Shown here piece after piece: positions 1 to 11,457 of a DNA stretch of 64,000 nt. Under the pieces are notes generated by a model. The model saw nothing but the letters and a program-made list of their open reading frames with translations. It searched no databases and was not told where the DNA came from. Numbering within the stretch: position 1 is the first letter of the stretch; each line of letters begins with the position of its first letter. Source of the stretch: Snodgrassella alvi (GTDB taxonomy: Bacteria; Pseudomonadota; Gammaproteobacteria; Burkholderiales; Neisseriaceae); NCBI GenBank assembly GCA_002777825.1, contig MEIR01000089.1, positions 25,562-89,561 on the forward strand, in the 5' to 3' direction. The position numbers and the translations under genes were made by a program.

Positions 1-133
1 CAATTATTTTTTCTAAACCGGCAAGGTGAGACGATGTTTAAGATTTTTGTTGGCCATGATAAAAAGCAGCCGTTGAAAGCAGAGCAGCTAAGTGGCTTGG
101 CACAACACTTTGATGTTGCCTGAGGAGAAGCTA

Positions 134-778
134 ATGAAAACTTTATTGCTGTTTGGGGTAAGCCCGAAAATGGGTACGGGCTATCAGGTATTGCAACTGG
201 CGTTGCAGCAACCATTGCAGTGGCGCTGTGTTGCGCTGGTACGAGATGCGGATTTTGCCCGACAGTTAAGCCAGCAAGGGGTAGCAACGGCGGTTGGCGA
301 TGCCACTGATGAATCCAGTGTCAAGAAAGCTTGTGAGCTGGCCGGTAACTATGCGGTGATTGTATCGACGTTAGGCGGCTCGGCAGGTGCGCACTATCTG
401 GCACAGAGGCTGATTATTGATACTGCCGAACACTGTGGTATCAAGCAGATGCTGCTGGTTACTTCTCTGGGCTGCGGTGATTCATGGGCTACGATGTCAG
501 AACGGGCAAAAAAGACTTTTGGACATTCAGTACGGGAAAAGTCTCTGGCAGAAGTATGGCTGCAAACCAGTACGCTGAATTATGAAATTCTGCGCCCCGG
601 TGGTTTGGTTAATGGTGCAATTACCAGTACAGGAAAATGCTTTTATCAACAACAAATGCATGGTTATATTCATCGGGCGGAGCTGGCGAATGTGATTATG
701 CAAAGAATCAGCGCTGCTGCACTGGATAACTGTATTTATACAGTGATTGACCCGGGTTTGCACCCTGCGGATAAATAA
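134..778 (+). CDS. NAD(P)-binding oxidoreductase (NmrA/atypical SDR-like); likely start at MKTLLLFG
   Basis: ORF 92-778; N-terminal Rossmann-like glycine-rich motif LLLFGVSPKMGTGYQV; family-level call only. Confidence 0.55.
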   Translation: MKTLLLFGVSPKMGTGYQVLQLALQQPLQWRCVALVRDADFARQLSQQGVATAVGDATDESSVKKACELAGNYAVIVSTLGGSAGAHYLAQRLIIDTAEHCGIKQMLLVTSLGCGDSWATMSERAKKTFGHSVREKSLAEVWLQTSTLNYEILRPGGLVNGAITSTGKCFYQQQMHGYIHRAELANVIMQRISAAALDNCIYTVIDPGLHPADK

Positions 779-896
779 ACCGGAACCAACCAGATTGTGG
801 GTAAACTGTACTTATCCACAACCAGAAAAAACTGGCCAGCCCATCTGCAAGTATGACTAAGCAGACAGACTGGCCATTATTTCGTTATCCTGTTAC

Positions 897-1232
897 TCAG
901 GCTTTTTTCACAAAACACGCTTTAAGCATGATTTTCATGCCATCTACTTTGCAATCAATTTCGTGGTCGCCTTCAACCAGTCGGATACCTTTGGCTTTGG
1001 CGCCTTTTTTCAGCACGGTGCTGCTACCTTTGAGTTTAAGGTCTTTAATCAGGATAACATCATCACCATTGACCAGCGGATTGCCGTTACTGTCTTTAAC
1101 ATCCAGCTCCTGTGTGCTGGTAATACTGGCAGCATCCCATTCATGTCCACATTCAAGGCAGACAGTAAAGGTGCCATCAAAGTAATTCTGTTCGCTGGCG
1201 CATTGTGGGCAGATTGGGGTTGATTCAGACAT
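897..1232 (-). CDS. phnA: PhnA/YjdC-family protein (N-terminal zinc ribbon CPQC...CLEC plus C-terminal PhnA domain)
   Basis: 111 aa; MSESTPICPQCASE...CLECGHEW... matches PhnA-like architecture; overlapping plus-strand ORFs 853-1185/963-1223 considered spurious. Confidence 0.8.
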   Translation of the reverse strand: MSESTPICPQCASEQNYFDGTFTVCLECGHEWDAASITSTQELDVKDSNGNPLVNGDDVILIKDLKLKGSSTVLKKGAKAKGIRLVEGDHEIDCKVDGMKIMLKACFVKKA

Positions 1233-1619
1233 GGTTAAACCTCTGCAATGGTAAAAGCGGCGATTGTACCTAATTCTGTAACAACCACCACATTTTTATG
1301 TACTTCTTACGCTCTTTTGCAGCACTACGCTGCTGGTACAGAAATTATGCCTGATTCTGGTATTGTTGCGCTGTTTTTTCTGAGTGTATCGTCATTAGCT
1401 CGTGTTGATTAGATTTATTTGCTACAAACTGATAATCCTGTGTAGCAAATTTGGGCAGCATTTTCGGTAACGCCAGCTTAGTGAACACTTGGCGGTATTG
1501 ATGGCAACAGGCTGTTTATCGTTGCCGTGGCATTAGAGAAAGAGGAGAAATTTGTCTGAAGATAAGATACAAATAACAGGGTGGCTATTTGGCCACCCTG
1601 TTATATTATTGTACGCTGC

Positions 1620-3011
1620 TTAGAATTCAGCATCGATATCGGCAATGCTTACCAGTTTGGCATTAACAAATTCTTTTAAGCCCAAATCCAGCAATTCACG
1701 TCCGAAGCCGGAACGTTTTACGCCACCAAAGGGTAAATCGGCTTTCACCATGGTGGGGTGATTGATAAATACCATGCCGGTATCAATCTGCTGTGCCAGC
1801 TGTGCACCGCGTTCTTCGTCTGCGGTAAAGATGGAACCGCCAAGGCCATAAGGGGTATCGTTGGCAATTTCAATGGCGTGAGCAGCATCTTTGGCACGAT
1901 ACACGGAAGAAACTGGGCCAAAGAATTCCCAGTGCCGTGCCGGATTATCCTGCTGAATATTAGTCAGGATAACCGGCCGGAAAAAACAGCCTTGCGCAGG
2001 CATATCCAATGCAATTTCTTCGGCATGCGCACCCAGTTTAACCGCCTCGTCCAGTTGCTGTTGTAGGCCAGTGACGGCAGAGCGGGAAGACAGTGGTGCT
2101 AATGTCGTGGCTGCATCCATCGGGTCACCCATGCGCAGTTGCTGGATACCCTCACGATACAGTTTCAGGAAACGATCATATACGCCATCTTCCACGATAA
2201 TACGCTTGGCGCTCACGCATACCTGTCCGGCATTCCAGTGACGGCCGAACACTGCCCATTTAGCGGCTTTTTCGATATCGGCATCGTTCAGTACGATAAA
2301 GGCATCGGCGCCACCCAGTTCCAGCGTGCATTTTTTCAATGCTGCGCCTGCCTGTGCAGCCACAATCGCACCAGCACCTTCCGAACCGGTTAAGGCCACG
2401 CCGCGTACGCGCGGGTCGGCAATAATTTTGGCCAATTGGGCATGGGTTGGAAAGAGATTTTGAAAGGCACCATCCATCAATCCGGCCTGTGACAGCATGG
2501 CAGCCATTTTAGCGGCACACTGAGGAACATTAGAAGCATGTTTCAGCACAACAACATTACCGGCAGCCAGTTGTGGTGCGGCAATACGGGCTATCTGGTA
2601 ATACGGGAAATTCCATGGTTCAACCGCCAAGATAATGCCCTGCGGGGCAAATTCGATGCGGGCACGATTACCTTTATTGGAAGTAACCGGCAAAACTTCC
2701 GGCTGAAGCTGACGCTCGGCATTGACTGCATAATATTCGAAAATCTGTGCAGACAGCTCGGTTTCTGCCTTAGCTTCACTAAACAGCTTTCCCATTTCCA
2801 GTGTCAGCAAGCGGGCATATTCATCAATATTGGCACGTAAAATGTCGGCAGCGGTTTGCAGGATACACGCACGCTGGGCAAATGTAGTGTTTTTCCACTG
2901 TTGGAAAGCAGCATCAGCACGATTTAATGCTGTTTCCAGTTCGACATCGGTAGTATCAGGAAATGCCATTACTTGTTGCTCTGTATAGGGATTGGTACTA
3001 GCGTACGCCAT
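1620..3011 (-). CDS. NAD(P)+-dependent aldehyde dehydrogenase (succinate-semialdehyde dehydrogenase-like)
   Basis: 468-aa ORF; ALDH family motifs (VLELGGADA, catalytic Cys region GQVCVSAKR, EPWNFP); probable start MAYAST. Confidence 0.85.
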   Translation of the reverse strand: MAYASTNPYTEQQVMAFPDTTDVELETALNRADAAFQQWKNTTFAQRACILQTAADILRANIDEYARLLTLEMGKLFSEAKAETELSAQIFEYYAVNAERQLQPEVLPVTSNKGNRARIEFAPQGIILAVEPWNFPYYQIARIAAPQLAAGNVVVLKHASNVPQCAAKMAAMLSQAGLMDGAFQNLFPTHAQLAKIIADPRVRGVALTGSEGAGAIVAAQAGAALKKCTLELGGADAFIVLNDADIEKAAKWAVFGRHWNAGQVCVSAKRIIVEDGVYDRFLKLYREGIQQLRMGDPMDAATTLAPLSSRSAVTGLQQQLDEAVKLGAHAEEIALDMPAQGCFFRPVILTNIQQDNPARHWEFFGPVSSVYRAKDAAHAIEIANDTPYGLGGSIFTADEERGAQLAQQIDTGMVFINHPTMVKADLPFGGVKRSGFGRELLDLGLKEFVNAKLVSIADIDAEF

Positions 3012-3476
3012 ATAATTACCTTTCATGAGTAAGAGTTACACCACGGATACCGCCCTATTTACGGGCAGATTCTGAGAAAATCTGTTATGTATTACTATCC
3101 GGAAATGTTTTTTGCCTGATGTGTATGCTACCGCTGCTGCTAATTATCTATAAGCTGATAAAGGCAGACGGCAATATTATTTATCATACCTGAATACCAA
3201 TATTTAGGAATGATTTTGTATTTAATTCAGTTTAACAATTATTTACCGCATTATCAAGCATACAAGAAATCAATAAAATATGGCTGTCAGGCTGAACAAT
3301 TTTAAAGCATCAGGTAAACTGTCTTCAGGCATGTGAAGATTTCTGCATTGGTATATTCATGGTTTCCTGCCAGGCAATAATGGATATTTTTGTTTCCTGA
3401 AACGCTCTTGCCGTAGCAACACTTACCGGCTTAAGCTGTTTTAGCTTTTAATCAACCATACATAAGGGATATACAA

Positions 3477-4028
3477 ATGAGTAAACTGGCAATTGTATTT
3501 TTTTCCGGTTACGGCCATACCCGTAAAATTGCTGAAGCAGCGGCAGCAGATACCGATGCAGCGCTAGTGGAAATCGATGCGAATGGTGATCTGGATGATG
3601 ATCAGTGGCAACAACTGCATACTGCCAGAGGGATTATTTTTGCAGCTCCAACTTATATGGGCAATGTACCATGGCAATTCAAGAAATTTGCCGATGCTAC
3701 TTCGACATTGTGGGCAAAACGCGCCTGGCAGGATAAAGTATTTGGCGGCTTTACTAATAGTGCCAGTTTTAACGGCGATAAACAGGTAACACTAATCTGG
3801 ATGCAGACTCTGGCGGCACAGCATGGTGGTATCTGGGTAAGTCTGGGACTGTTGCCGGCAAATACCAAAAATGCACAACGTAATGATGTCAATACACTAG
3901 GCGGCTCTGTTGGTGCTCTGGTACAGACACCAGCCGATGCCAGTGTGGATGAAATTCCGCACGGCGATATTGAAACAGTTAAAATTTATGTAGCACGAAT
4001 AAGTGACATTATTAACAAGTTAGGTTGA
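3477..4028 (+). CDS. Flavodoxin-like fold NAD(P)H-dependent oxidoreductase (WrbA-like)
   Basis: 183 aa; N-terminus MSKLAIVFFSGYGHTRKIAEAAA typical of flavodoxin/WrbA FMN-binding loop. Confidence 0.6.
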   Translation: MSKLAIVFFSGYGHTRKIAEAAAADTDAALVEIDANGDLDDDQWQQLHTARGIIFAAPTYMGNVPWQFKKFADATSTLWAKRAWQDKVFGGFTNSASFNGDKQVTLIWMQTLAAQHGGIWVSLGLLPANTKNAQRNDVNTLGGSVGALVQTPADASVDEIPHGDIETVKIYVARISDIINKLG

Positions 4029-4134
4029 AGGTATTCCAACCAATCCCGCATATCAGCCCGGTATGTCATCGCTTTATCCCTGAAAGACAAAGCAATGGCA
4101 TACCGGGCTGTTTGGATAAGTGTAGTGTATTGTT

Positions 4135-5115
4135 TTAATGAGTATCCGGCTGCTGTCTGGTTTTCTGCCATGAAGCAAGTATGGCAATCAGTAAGGCACT
4201 GAACACTACTGCCAGTGAAGCAAAAGAAGGAATATGCCACCACTTGGCAACCAGCATTTTGCCGCCAATAAAAGTTAATACCACCGCCAGCCCGTATTTG
4301 AGATAGATAAATTTTTCTACCACATTGGCCAGCAAAAAGTACATCGCGCGCAAACCCAGTACCGCAAGAATATTGGAAGTAAAAACAATAAACGGATCGG
4401 TGGTTACCGCAAATACAGCCGGAATGCTGTCAACGGCAAACACCACATCGCTTAATTCAATCACTACCAAAGTAAGCAGCAAGGGAGTAGCCATGCGCTG
4501 GCCATTTTCAACAGTAAAAAATTTCTCCCGGTTCAACTGCTCACTAACACGCATATGCCGGTGCAGCCAGTGCACCAGTGGATTATCAGCCAAGCCTTTA
4601 TCCTCAGTTTTTTCCGGTAGCATCAGCTTAATACCACTATAAAGCAGAAATACGCCAAACAGATACAGTACCCACTCAAAGCGGCTGACCAGTACCGCAC
4701 CTAAAGCCACCATAATGGCGCGCAGAACAATCGCCCCCAGCACCCCAAAAAGTAAAACCCGATGCTGATATTCAGCCGGTACCTTAAAATAACTGAATAT
4801 CAATACAAATACGAAAATATTGTCGACTGATAGCGATTTTTCCAGCACATAACCTGTGAGAAAATCCATTACCGAATCCGCAGCTACTTCCGAACCAAGC
4901 GCAGGATTATGTGCCAGTTCAAAATACAGCCAGGCAGCAAATCCCAGAGAAACAGCAATCCATACAGTTGTCCACAGCAGGGCTTCTTTTGTACTGACAC
5001 GATGTACACCCTCTTTTTTCAGCGTGAACATATCAATCGTAATCATAACAATCACAATGGCGATAAATACGCCGTAAAATAAGGGTGTACCTACTGAATT
5101 CAGTTGTGGTTGCAT
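4135..5115 (-). CDS. TerC-family integral membrane protein (Alx-like)
   Basis: 326 aa, multi-TM, conserved TerC motifs (LSVDNIFVFVLIF..., ELSDVVFAVDSIPAV). Confidence 0.85.
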   Translation of the reverse strand: MQPQLNSVGTPLFYGVFIAIVIVMITIDMFTLKKEGVHRVSTKEALLWTTVWIAVSLGFAAWLYFELAHNPALGSEVAADSVMDFLTGYVLEKSLSVDNIFVFVLIFSYFKVPAEYQHRVLLFGVLGAIVLRAIMVALGAVLVSRFEWVLYLFGVFLLYSGIKLMLPEKTEDKGLADNPLVHWLHRHMRVSEQLNREKFFTVENGQRMATPLLLTLVVIELSDVVFAVDSIPAVFAVTTDPFIVFTSNILAVLGLRAMYFLLANVVEKFIYLKYGLAVVLTFIGGKMLVAKWWHIPSFASLAVVFSALLIAILASWQKTRQQPDTH

Positions 5116-5940
5116 GTATTCTTCCTGCTAAATATTTTTATCATACAAAATCCGGTGACAAGACTAATTCCAGATACAACAGTCCTGTGAATGGCACTTT
5201 ACAGGCCAATAATCGAACAATAGCATAGATAATCCCCCTATTGTCATTAGTTGTGCCGATACAAAAAGTCTGGTTATGCTATGGATACCGGTGGTGTGCC
5301 CATGATTGCACTGCTGCCAGAACAAACACTGTTTGTATTTTGGATACACATTGTATTATTGTATCCATGTTATTGATGGCAACTTTGGTATCCGGTTAAG
5401 GTGAAAATTAATAAAGAGAAATCTGCATGAAAATGCCATCTGTATGCCAAGACTGATATAAGTTAACCAATACCAGCCATCTTTGCTAGTTTATTGATGT
5501 TATTCTGCGCAGCCACGGACGGCTTATGTTGCAGACTAATCCTCTTTCCGGGCTAATTTTTTGGTAGGCGTATTGCTTGGTAGCTATATTGCCGACAAGC
5601 CGCAGATTGGTCTGACCTGTTTACTAGCCGTTATCTCTGCCAATGTGGCGGCGTATCTGTATCAGCTTAACCGCAAAGCTTAGCATTAACAATTTTAATT
5701 CCTGTCTGATCGATACTGTCTTAACCCCTTTGTGTGTAAAGGCACTATATTGATGGTTAAAAGTATAATGATTCACACTTTTTAGTTCCCACTGCATACC
5801 TATTATCAGTAACTGTATTTCTATTTTAATATCTAAAACACCAGATAAGGCATTGAATAGTATTAATGCATGAAAACAGGGCTTAGTGCCCTGCTGTTGT
5901 ATTTGCTGTGTGATTACGCCATCAAGCCAATTATTTCAGT

Positions 5941-6393
5941 TTATTTTGTTTCACAATCAGCAAGTGAAAGATGCACACTAAATATTTCTTTATCTTTTAT
6001 ATAATAATAATGGTTAACACCATTTGCGAATGACTCTCTGAATTTGACAAGCTCAGGATTGGTGCCACAATAGACCTGTTTCAGGTTACTAGTAGTAATT
6101 TTTTTAGTCCTAGGCAAATCTAGTTCATCTTTATTTATATCCATAACATATTTATAATTAATCGTATCATTCTCTTTATAGATATCAACTAGGTTGGAAT
6201 TTGAATCAACTTTTTTAGGAAGATACCGCTTAGCATCGTTAATATACGCATCTTGAATTTTACCAAGCTCTGATTTTTCAGTTGATTGTGCTATATCACT
6301 ACTGGCTTTATTTGCATCTGCTGATTTCGAATTGTCACAACCAAAGAGTACAAGGCTCATTGACATCAGTGCTATTATTTTTAAAACTTTCAT
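5941..6393 (-). CDS. Hypothetical lipoprotein (signal peptide + lipobox LFGC) in AT-rich islet
   Basis: 150 aa; MKVLKIIALMSMSLVLFGCDN; low-GC surroundings 5700-7100. Confidence 0.5.
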   Translation of the reverse strand: MKVLKIIALMSMSLVLFGCDNSKSADANKASSDIAQSTEKSELGKIQDAYINDAKRYLPKKVDSNSNLVDIYKENDTINYKYVMDINKDELDLPRTKKITTSNLKQVYCGTNPELVKFRESFANGVNHYYYIKDKEIFSVHLSLADCETK

Positions 6394-7173
6394 GTTTATT
6401 CCCTTTTAGTAAATTTTAAAAATATTATTATTATCATTGATTAAATAAAATAACAAGTTTTTTCATAATATTCGTATTAATTAATATTTGCATAATTTTC
6501 TAAACCTATCAGATTTAATTTAAACTTATATAATACCAATGGTTTTTTTAACTACCTTAGTTTCTAATTGATATTTTGATCAGAAATTAAGTTTGAAGAA
6601 AACTGCTAGCCTGTTCACTGCCATGGTATTTAATCTGCTGTATTTTGCACCGGATAAGGTTCTTGGCTTTGCTGGCGTATTTATATGTAACAGCACGCTG
6701 GCAGGAATAATTTTTTAGCAGAACTAGCAGTCAACACACTCAGAATAGCTATTTACGCGCTGGCCGGTTCTGTACTTGCAATTGGTATTGCGTTGTTGTA
6801 CGGCGGTCAGATAGCTATCATTTCTCTATGCTCTACTCTTTTAATGCTATTCTAATTGCTATTACACTGGCTACTTTCAGCAGTAATCAGATGTTAAAAC
6901 CAGTCTTTAATATTATGTTTAGAATTATACTAACCATATTTACTCAGGCAGCCTTCACCACGCTACTCAAATCATTTGCCATACCAGTACTAACTATGCC
7001 ATTTATACTAGTAAGCTGGTTATGGTTATTATTTAATCAGACTCTGAATCAACGTTAATTGCTAGCGATATGATGTTGCATTAATCACACAGAAAACTAT
7101 TTTTACTGATCAATAGATGCCCAGGCAGATACAGTTCATTAGCATAGATTACAAATATCAGTTTACCCAATAA

Positions 7174-7200
7174 AAAAGACTGCCCTTAGAGCAGTCTTTT
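7174..7200 (-). terminator. Rho-independent terminator downstream of rpmE
   Basis: hairpin AAAAGACTGC...GCAGTCTTTT followed by T-run on minus strand. Confidence 0.6.
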
Positions 7201-7226
7201 CAGATGCAAGATGTTGCAAACTATGA

Positions 7227-7442
7227 TTAACGTTTGAACATATTGCCGTATTTTTGGTTGAATTTGTCCACACGACCGGTAGAGTCAACAATTTTCTGTT
7301 TACCGGTATAGAACGGATGACATGCAGAGCATACTTCAATATTGAAAGTATCTTTTTCCATTGCGGATTTGGTTACAAAAGTATTGCCGCAAGAGCAGGT
7401 CACGGTTACGTCGTGGTAGTTTGGTTGAATGCTGTTATTCAT
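7227..7442 (-). CDS. rpmE: 50S ribosomal protein L31 (zinc-binding C+ form)
   Basis: 71 aa; CxC...CxxC motifs and HPFYTGKQ...[10 protein letters not shown] conserved L31 signature. Confidence 0.9.
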   Translation of the reverse strand: MNNSIQPNYHDVTVTCSCGNTFVTKSAMEKDTFNIEVCSACHPFYTGKQKIVDSTGRVDKFNQKYGNMFKR

Positions 7443-7692
7443 AGTATCGTCCTCGGTTGGCGGGTACAGGGGTTGTGCCTGTACCTCTTGAAACGGATGT
7501 TTGCAATCGGATAATTATACTCGCATGAGTAAGATTTTCAAGTGAATCAGTACACAGCAGCTACAACATTAAGCTGGCTGACAAACGCAAAACAGCAGAA
7601 GCTACCCGACTGATTACATCCTGCTTTTTTCAGTGTAACACTGCTGTCAAGACCTATACGTCTGACTAAAGCAGCCATTTAAACAGAACAAT

Positions 7693-9102
7693 TCAGGCAC
7701 GGCGCCAGGTAGTACCACTGGCACCATCTTCCAGCACAATACCGGCCGCAGTAAGCTCATCGCGAATCCGGTCTGATTCTGCCCAGTTGCGCGCTGCACG
7801 TGCCTGTTGCCGTGCGGCAATCAGTGCCTCAATCGCTGCGTTATCCAACCCCTGCGCTTTCTCGCCTACCTCACCCTGCAAAAAAGCCTCAGGTTCACGT
7901 TGCAATAAACCCAGCAAACCGGCCAATCCTTTCAGGCATCCGGCCAGTTCAGCATCATGAGTTTTGTTGATTTCATTAGCAAGTTCAAACAGAACTGCTA
8001 CTGCTTCTACAGTAGCAAAATCATCGTTCATAGCTGCATAGAAACGACGCGTATAGTCATTTAATTGCGCATGCACGGTTATATCTGCTGCCGACGTATT
8101 TTTCAGGGCAGTATACAGACGGGTTAACGCACCTTTGGCATCATCAAGATGAGCATCAGAATAATTTAACGGGCTGCGGTAATGCGCACGCAGAATGAAA
8201 AAACGCACAACTTCAGCATCGTATTTTTGCAACACTTCGCGGATAGTGAAGAAGTTTCCAAGAGATTTGGACATTTTTTCATTATCCACACGAATAAAAC
8301 CATTATGTAACCAATATTTAACATGGCTGGCAAAGTGATTCTGCTCATCACAACAACCTTGTTTTTCGGCGCCACAACTTTGGGCAATTTCATTTTCATG
8401 ATGCGGAAACTGCAAATCGGCACCACCACCATGTATATCAAATTTTTTGCCCAAAAGAACCTTGCTCATGGCAGAGCATTCGATATGCCATCCCGGGCGA
8501 CCGCGTCCCCATGGGCTGTCCCACGCAGGTTCATGTGGCTTGGCAGCTTTCCACAACACAAAATCCAGCGGATCACGCTTATGCCCGTCAACATCAACGC
8601 GCTCTCCGGCACGCAGATCATCCAGACTTTTTCCGCTCAGCTGGCCATAGGGCGGATATTCACGCACCGCATAAAAAACATCACCGTTATCAGCCACATA
8701 TGCTTTGCCATTTACAATTATGTCTTCAATCATGGCTATCATTTGCGCTATATACTCGGTGGCGCGTGGTTCATGGTCAGGCTGAAGTACGCCCAAAGCC
8801 GCCGCATCTTCACGCATGGCCTGAATATAGAAATCTGTAAGCTCGGTAATACTGATGCCTCGCTCATTGGCACGGGCAATAATTTTATCATCTATATCCG
8901 TGATATTACGTACATAATCTAGCTGATAACCCAATTCACGCAACCAGCGTGCTACCACATCAAATACAATCATTACCCGTGCATGGCCAAGGTGACAATA
9001 ATCATAAACCGTCATGCCACAAACATACATGCGCACCTGTTGCGGATTAATCGGTGTAAATTCCTGTTTGGTTCTGGTTAAGGTGTTATACAAGCTGAGC
9101 AT
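7693..9102 (-). CDS. cysS: Cysteine--tRNA ligase
   Basis: class I aaRS HIGH (HLGHAR) and KMSKS motifs; strong overall similarity to E. coli CysS; start probably MLSLYNT. Confidence 0.95.
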   Translation of the reverse strand: MLSLYNTLTRTKQEFTPINPQQVRMYVCGMTVYDYCHLGHARVMIVFDVVARWLRELGYQLDYVRNITDIDDKIIARANERGISITELTDFYIQAMREDAAALGVLQPDHEPRATEYIAQMIAMIEDIIVNGKAYVADNGDVFYAVREYPPYGQLSGKSLDDLRAGERVDVDGHKRDPLDFVLWKAAKPHEPAWDSPWGRGRPGWHIECSAMSKVLLGKKFDIHGGGADLQFPHHENEIAQSCGAEKQGCCDEQNHFASHVKYWLHNGFIRVDNEKMSKSLGNFFTIREVLQKYDAEVVRFFILRAHYRSPLNYSDAHLDDAKGALTRLYTALKNTSAADITVHAQLNDYTRRFYAAMNDDFATVEAVAVLFELANEINKTHDAELAGCLKGLAGLLGLLQREPEAFLQGEVGEKAQGLDNAAIEALIAARQQARAARNWAESDRIRDELTAAGIVLEDGASGTTWRRA

Positions 9103-9417
9103 GTCTGTTTCCAAATTAACTGAATGGTAGCACTGTACCCGGGTAATTTATTTGTATGAGGTTAAACTGGTTGTTTTCAAGAGCCAGAGAGCCTAAAAGC
9201 ACGATTACAGTAGTCTGAATTGTAATATAGCGCAGTATAAGTTGTCGTCTAAAGCAGTTTTAAACCAAAACAAATACCTTTTGCATACAGATAGTACTGC
9301 TTTTTCTGTTTATGTGTATAACTCTCTAAGCCGGGTGTCTCACTTGCTTTTCTGCTACAGATGACATAAAACATTAATCGTAGGAACCAAAACAAGTTTT
9401 AAAGAGAAGGAGTAAGT

Positions 9418-10113
9418 ATGACTATCATGAAACCATTGGCTGCACTGGCAGCCGCCACCACTCTGGCCTTAACTGGCTGCGTTACTGATCCAACTACTGG
9501 CCAGTCACATGCCAGCAAAACTGCTGTATATGGCTTAAGCGGTGCTGCCGTGTGCGGCATTGTAGGCGCAATTACCCATAACAGCCGCGGTGCACGCAAC
9601 GCAGCACTGGGTTGTGGCGCTGTTGGTGCTGGTATTGGTGCCTATATGGATTATCAGGAAAAACTGTTACGCCAGAAATTGGCCAATACCAATGTTGACG
9701 TTCAGCGCGAAGGCGATCAGATTAAACTGACTATGCCTGAAAACATTACTTTTGCTACCAACAGCTCAGAATTGAGCGGCAGCGCTACTTCTTCTCTGTC
9801 TTCAGTAGCTGAAGTGCTGGCCAAATATGTGGATACCACCATTACAGTCGCTGGCTATACTGATAGTACTGGCAATGATAGCATTAATATTCCATTGTCA
9901 CAGCGTCGCGCCCAATCAGTATCCAACTTCCTCACCTCCCGTGGCGTAGCCTATAACCGTATCAGTGCTATGGGCTATGGTTCGGCCAGTCCGATTGCCA
10001 GCAATGCCACTGTTGAAGGCCGTGCGAAAAACCGGCGTGTGGAAATCCGGGTAAATCCGGCACCGCAGGCGCAAACCATGACTACACAGCAAACTACAAC
10101 CTACGTACAGTAA
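9418..10113 (+). CDS. OmpA-family lipoprotein (glycine-zipper + OmpA C-terminal peptidoglycan-binding domain; YiaD-like)
   Basis: lipobox LALTGC; GxxxG zipper; OmpA_C motifs ...NRRVEIRV. Confidence 0.8.
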   Translation: MTIMKPLAALAAATTLALTGCVTDPTTGQSHASKTAVYGLSGAAVCGIVGAITHNSRGARNAALGCGAVGAGIGAYMDYQEKLLRQKLANTNVDVQREGDQIKLTMPENITFATNSSELSGSATSSLSSVAEVLAKYVDTTITVAGYTDSTGNDSINIPLSQRRAQSVSNFLTSRGVAYNRISAMGYGSASPIASNATVEGRAKNRRVEIRVNPAPQAQTMTTQQTTTYVQ

Positions 10114-10259
10114 TTGCTGAATCAGGCCTGACTGATTACAGTGCAATTTAATCAATCAGGCCTATACACCAACAAACCAAATTTTTTCATAGCATATTTA
10201 TTTACATTTACAACCATGGTAAAATAAATTACATTCATTAACCATAAAATTAATTAAAT

Positions 10260-10532
10260 ATGTCAAATCAAACAAACTCTAATATTAATACCTCTTCTGG
10301 TAACATTAGCTCAGTCATGTCTGTAGGTGACTGGTTAATCACGCTTCTTATTTTCTGCATCCCCCTTGTCAATCTAATTATGATGCTAGTATGGGCTTTT
10401 GGTGGCAATAGCAATCCTAATCGCGCCAACTTCTGCAAAGCCTATTTAATACTAGGGGTAATTGGAATAATATTATGCTTTGCACTCATGGCAGTATTTG
10501 GAAGTATTCTGGCCAGCTCCACACCTGTATAA
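10260..10532 (+). CDS. Small hypothetical membrane protein (2 TM)
   Basis: 90-aa ORF, hydrophobic, AT-rich context; no recognisable family. Confidence 0.3.
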   Translation: MSNQTNSNINTSSGNISSVMSVGDWLITLLIFCIPLVNLIMMLVWAFGGNSNPNRANFCKAYLILGVIGIILCFALMAVFGSILASSTPV

Positions 10533-10701
10533 TTAATTCATATTCTTATAAACCGGTATTTGATGTCGGCCTGCTTGTTGGATTTTCTTTATTTCTAAGT
10601 GGAATATTAACAATTTTTTCACTTAGCCTCTTTACACCAATTATTTTTTACAAAAAAGAAAACAAACGTTCACAACAGAAACTTATAACGGAGATAGCCA
10701 A

Positions 10702-11262
10702 ATGAAACATTGTATTATTTATGCACATCCCTATGAGCTTAGTTTTAATCATGCTATTAAGGACAAAGTCATTAGCCTTATCAATAGTCGTGGAGAACAG
10801 TATAATTTGATTGATTTGTATCAGCAACGATTTCAGCCAGTGTTGTCTACTGACGATTTTATTGCACTGCAAAACAATACAGTCAATGATGATGTAAAAA
10901 GTCATCAGCAATTGGTAACTGAAGCTGATAATCTCATCTTTATTTATCCTATATGGTGGTTTGGCCAACCTGCCATTTTAAAAGGCTGGATTGACCGAAT
11001 ATTTTCTTCAGGCTTTGCCTATAGAGATGATGAAAATGGGTTCACTCCACTATTGACGGATAAATCTGCAACGTTAATTGTTACGCTTGGTTCTACACAA
11101 GAAGTACTTTTGCAACATGATATGAATGATTTCATGAAAAGTATGATTGTTGGCACATTGAATCTAGTTGGTATAAGTAATGTAAATTGCCAACAGCTTT
11201 ATGAGGTACCTACGTTAACAGACGACGAGCGTCAAACTATGCTAGACAATATCTCTATTTAA
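10702..11262 (+). CDS. Flavodoxin-like NAD(P)H oxidoreductase (KefF/MdaB/YwrO-type quinone reductase family)
   Basis: MKHCIIYAHPYELSFNHAIKD... and IWWFGQPAILKGWIDR motif typical of Flavodoxin_2 family. Confidence 0.7.
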   Translation: MKHCIIYAHPYELSFNHAIKDKVISLINSRGEQYNLIDLYQQRFQPVLSTDDFIALQNNTVNDDVKSHQQLVTEADNLIFIYPIWWFGQPAILKGWIDRIFSSGFAYRDDENGFTPLLTDKSATLIVTLGSTQEVLLQHDMNDFMKSMIVGTLNLVGISNVNCQQLYEVPTLTDDERQTMLDNISI

Positions 11263-11457
11263 CCATTCTAGCCTAATCAACATTGCTAATATAACACTAT
11301 TAAAAGATAGCGTTATATTAGCCCGAATCTGTGCAGATTTATTGCTGATGCTGGACTAAAAGTGTGATTAATCGACTTAGATATACAACCAATTTTGGGG
11401 CATGTATTCAATCCAGTGCTTAACCTGTAATATAGGGTAATTTACTGGAGAATATTC

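Noticed and set aside
853-1223. Plus-strand ORFs 853-1185 and 963-1223 overlapping phnA
   Set aside because: Low-complexity Ser/Leu/Pro-rich translations on the strand opposite a well-conserved PhnA/YjdC-family gene.
8166-8922. ORFs 8166-8441(-), 8323-8922(+), 8447-8650(+), 8511-8840(+) overlapping cysS
   Set aside because: Antisense or alternate-frame ORFs inside a highly conserved housekeeping gene; no motifs; typical shadow ORFs. The same reasoning was applied to the many small ORFs inside gyrB, hsdR, ligA, the NRPS genes, the dnaA linker and similar.
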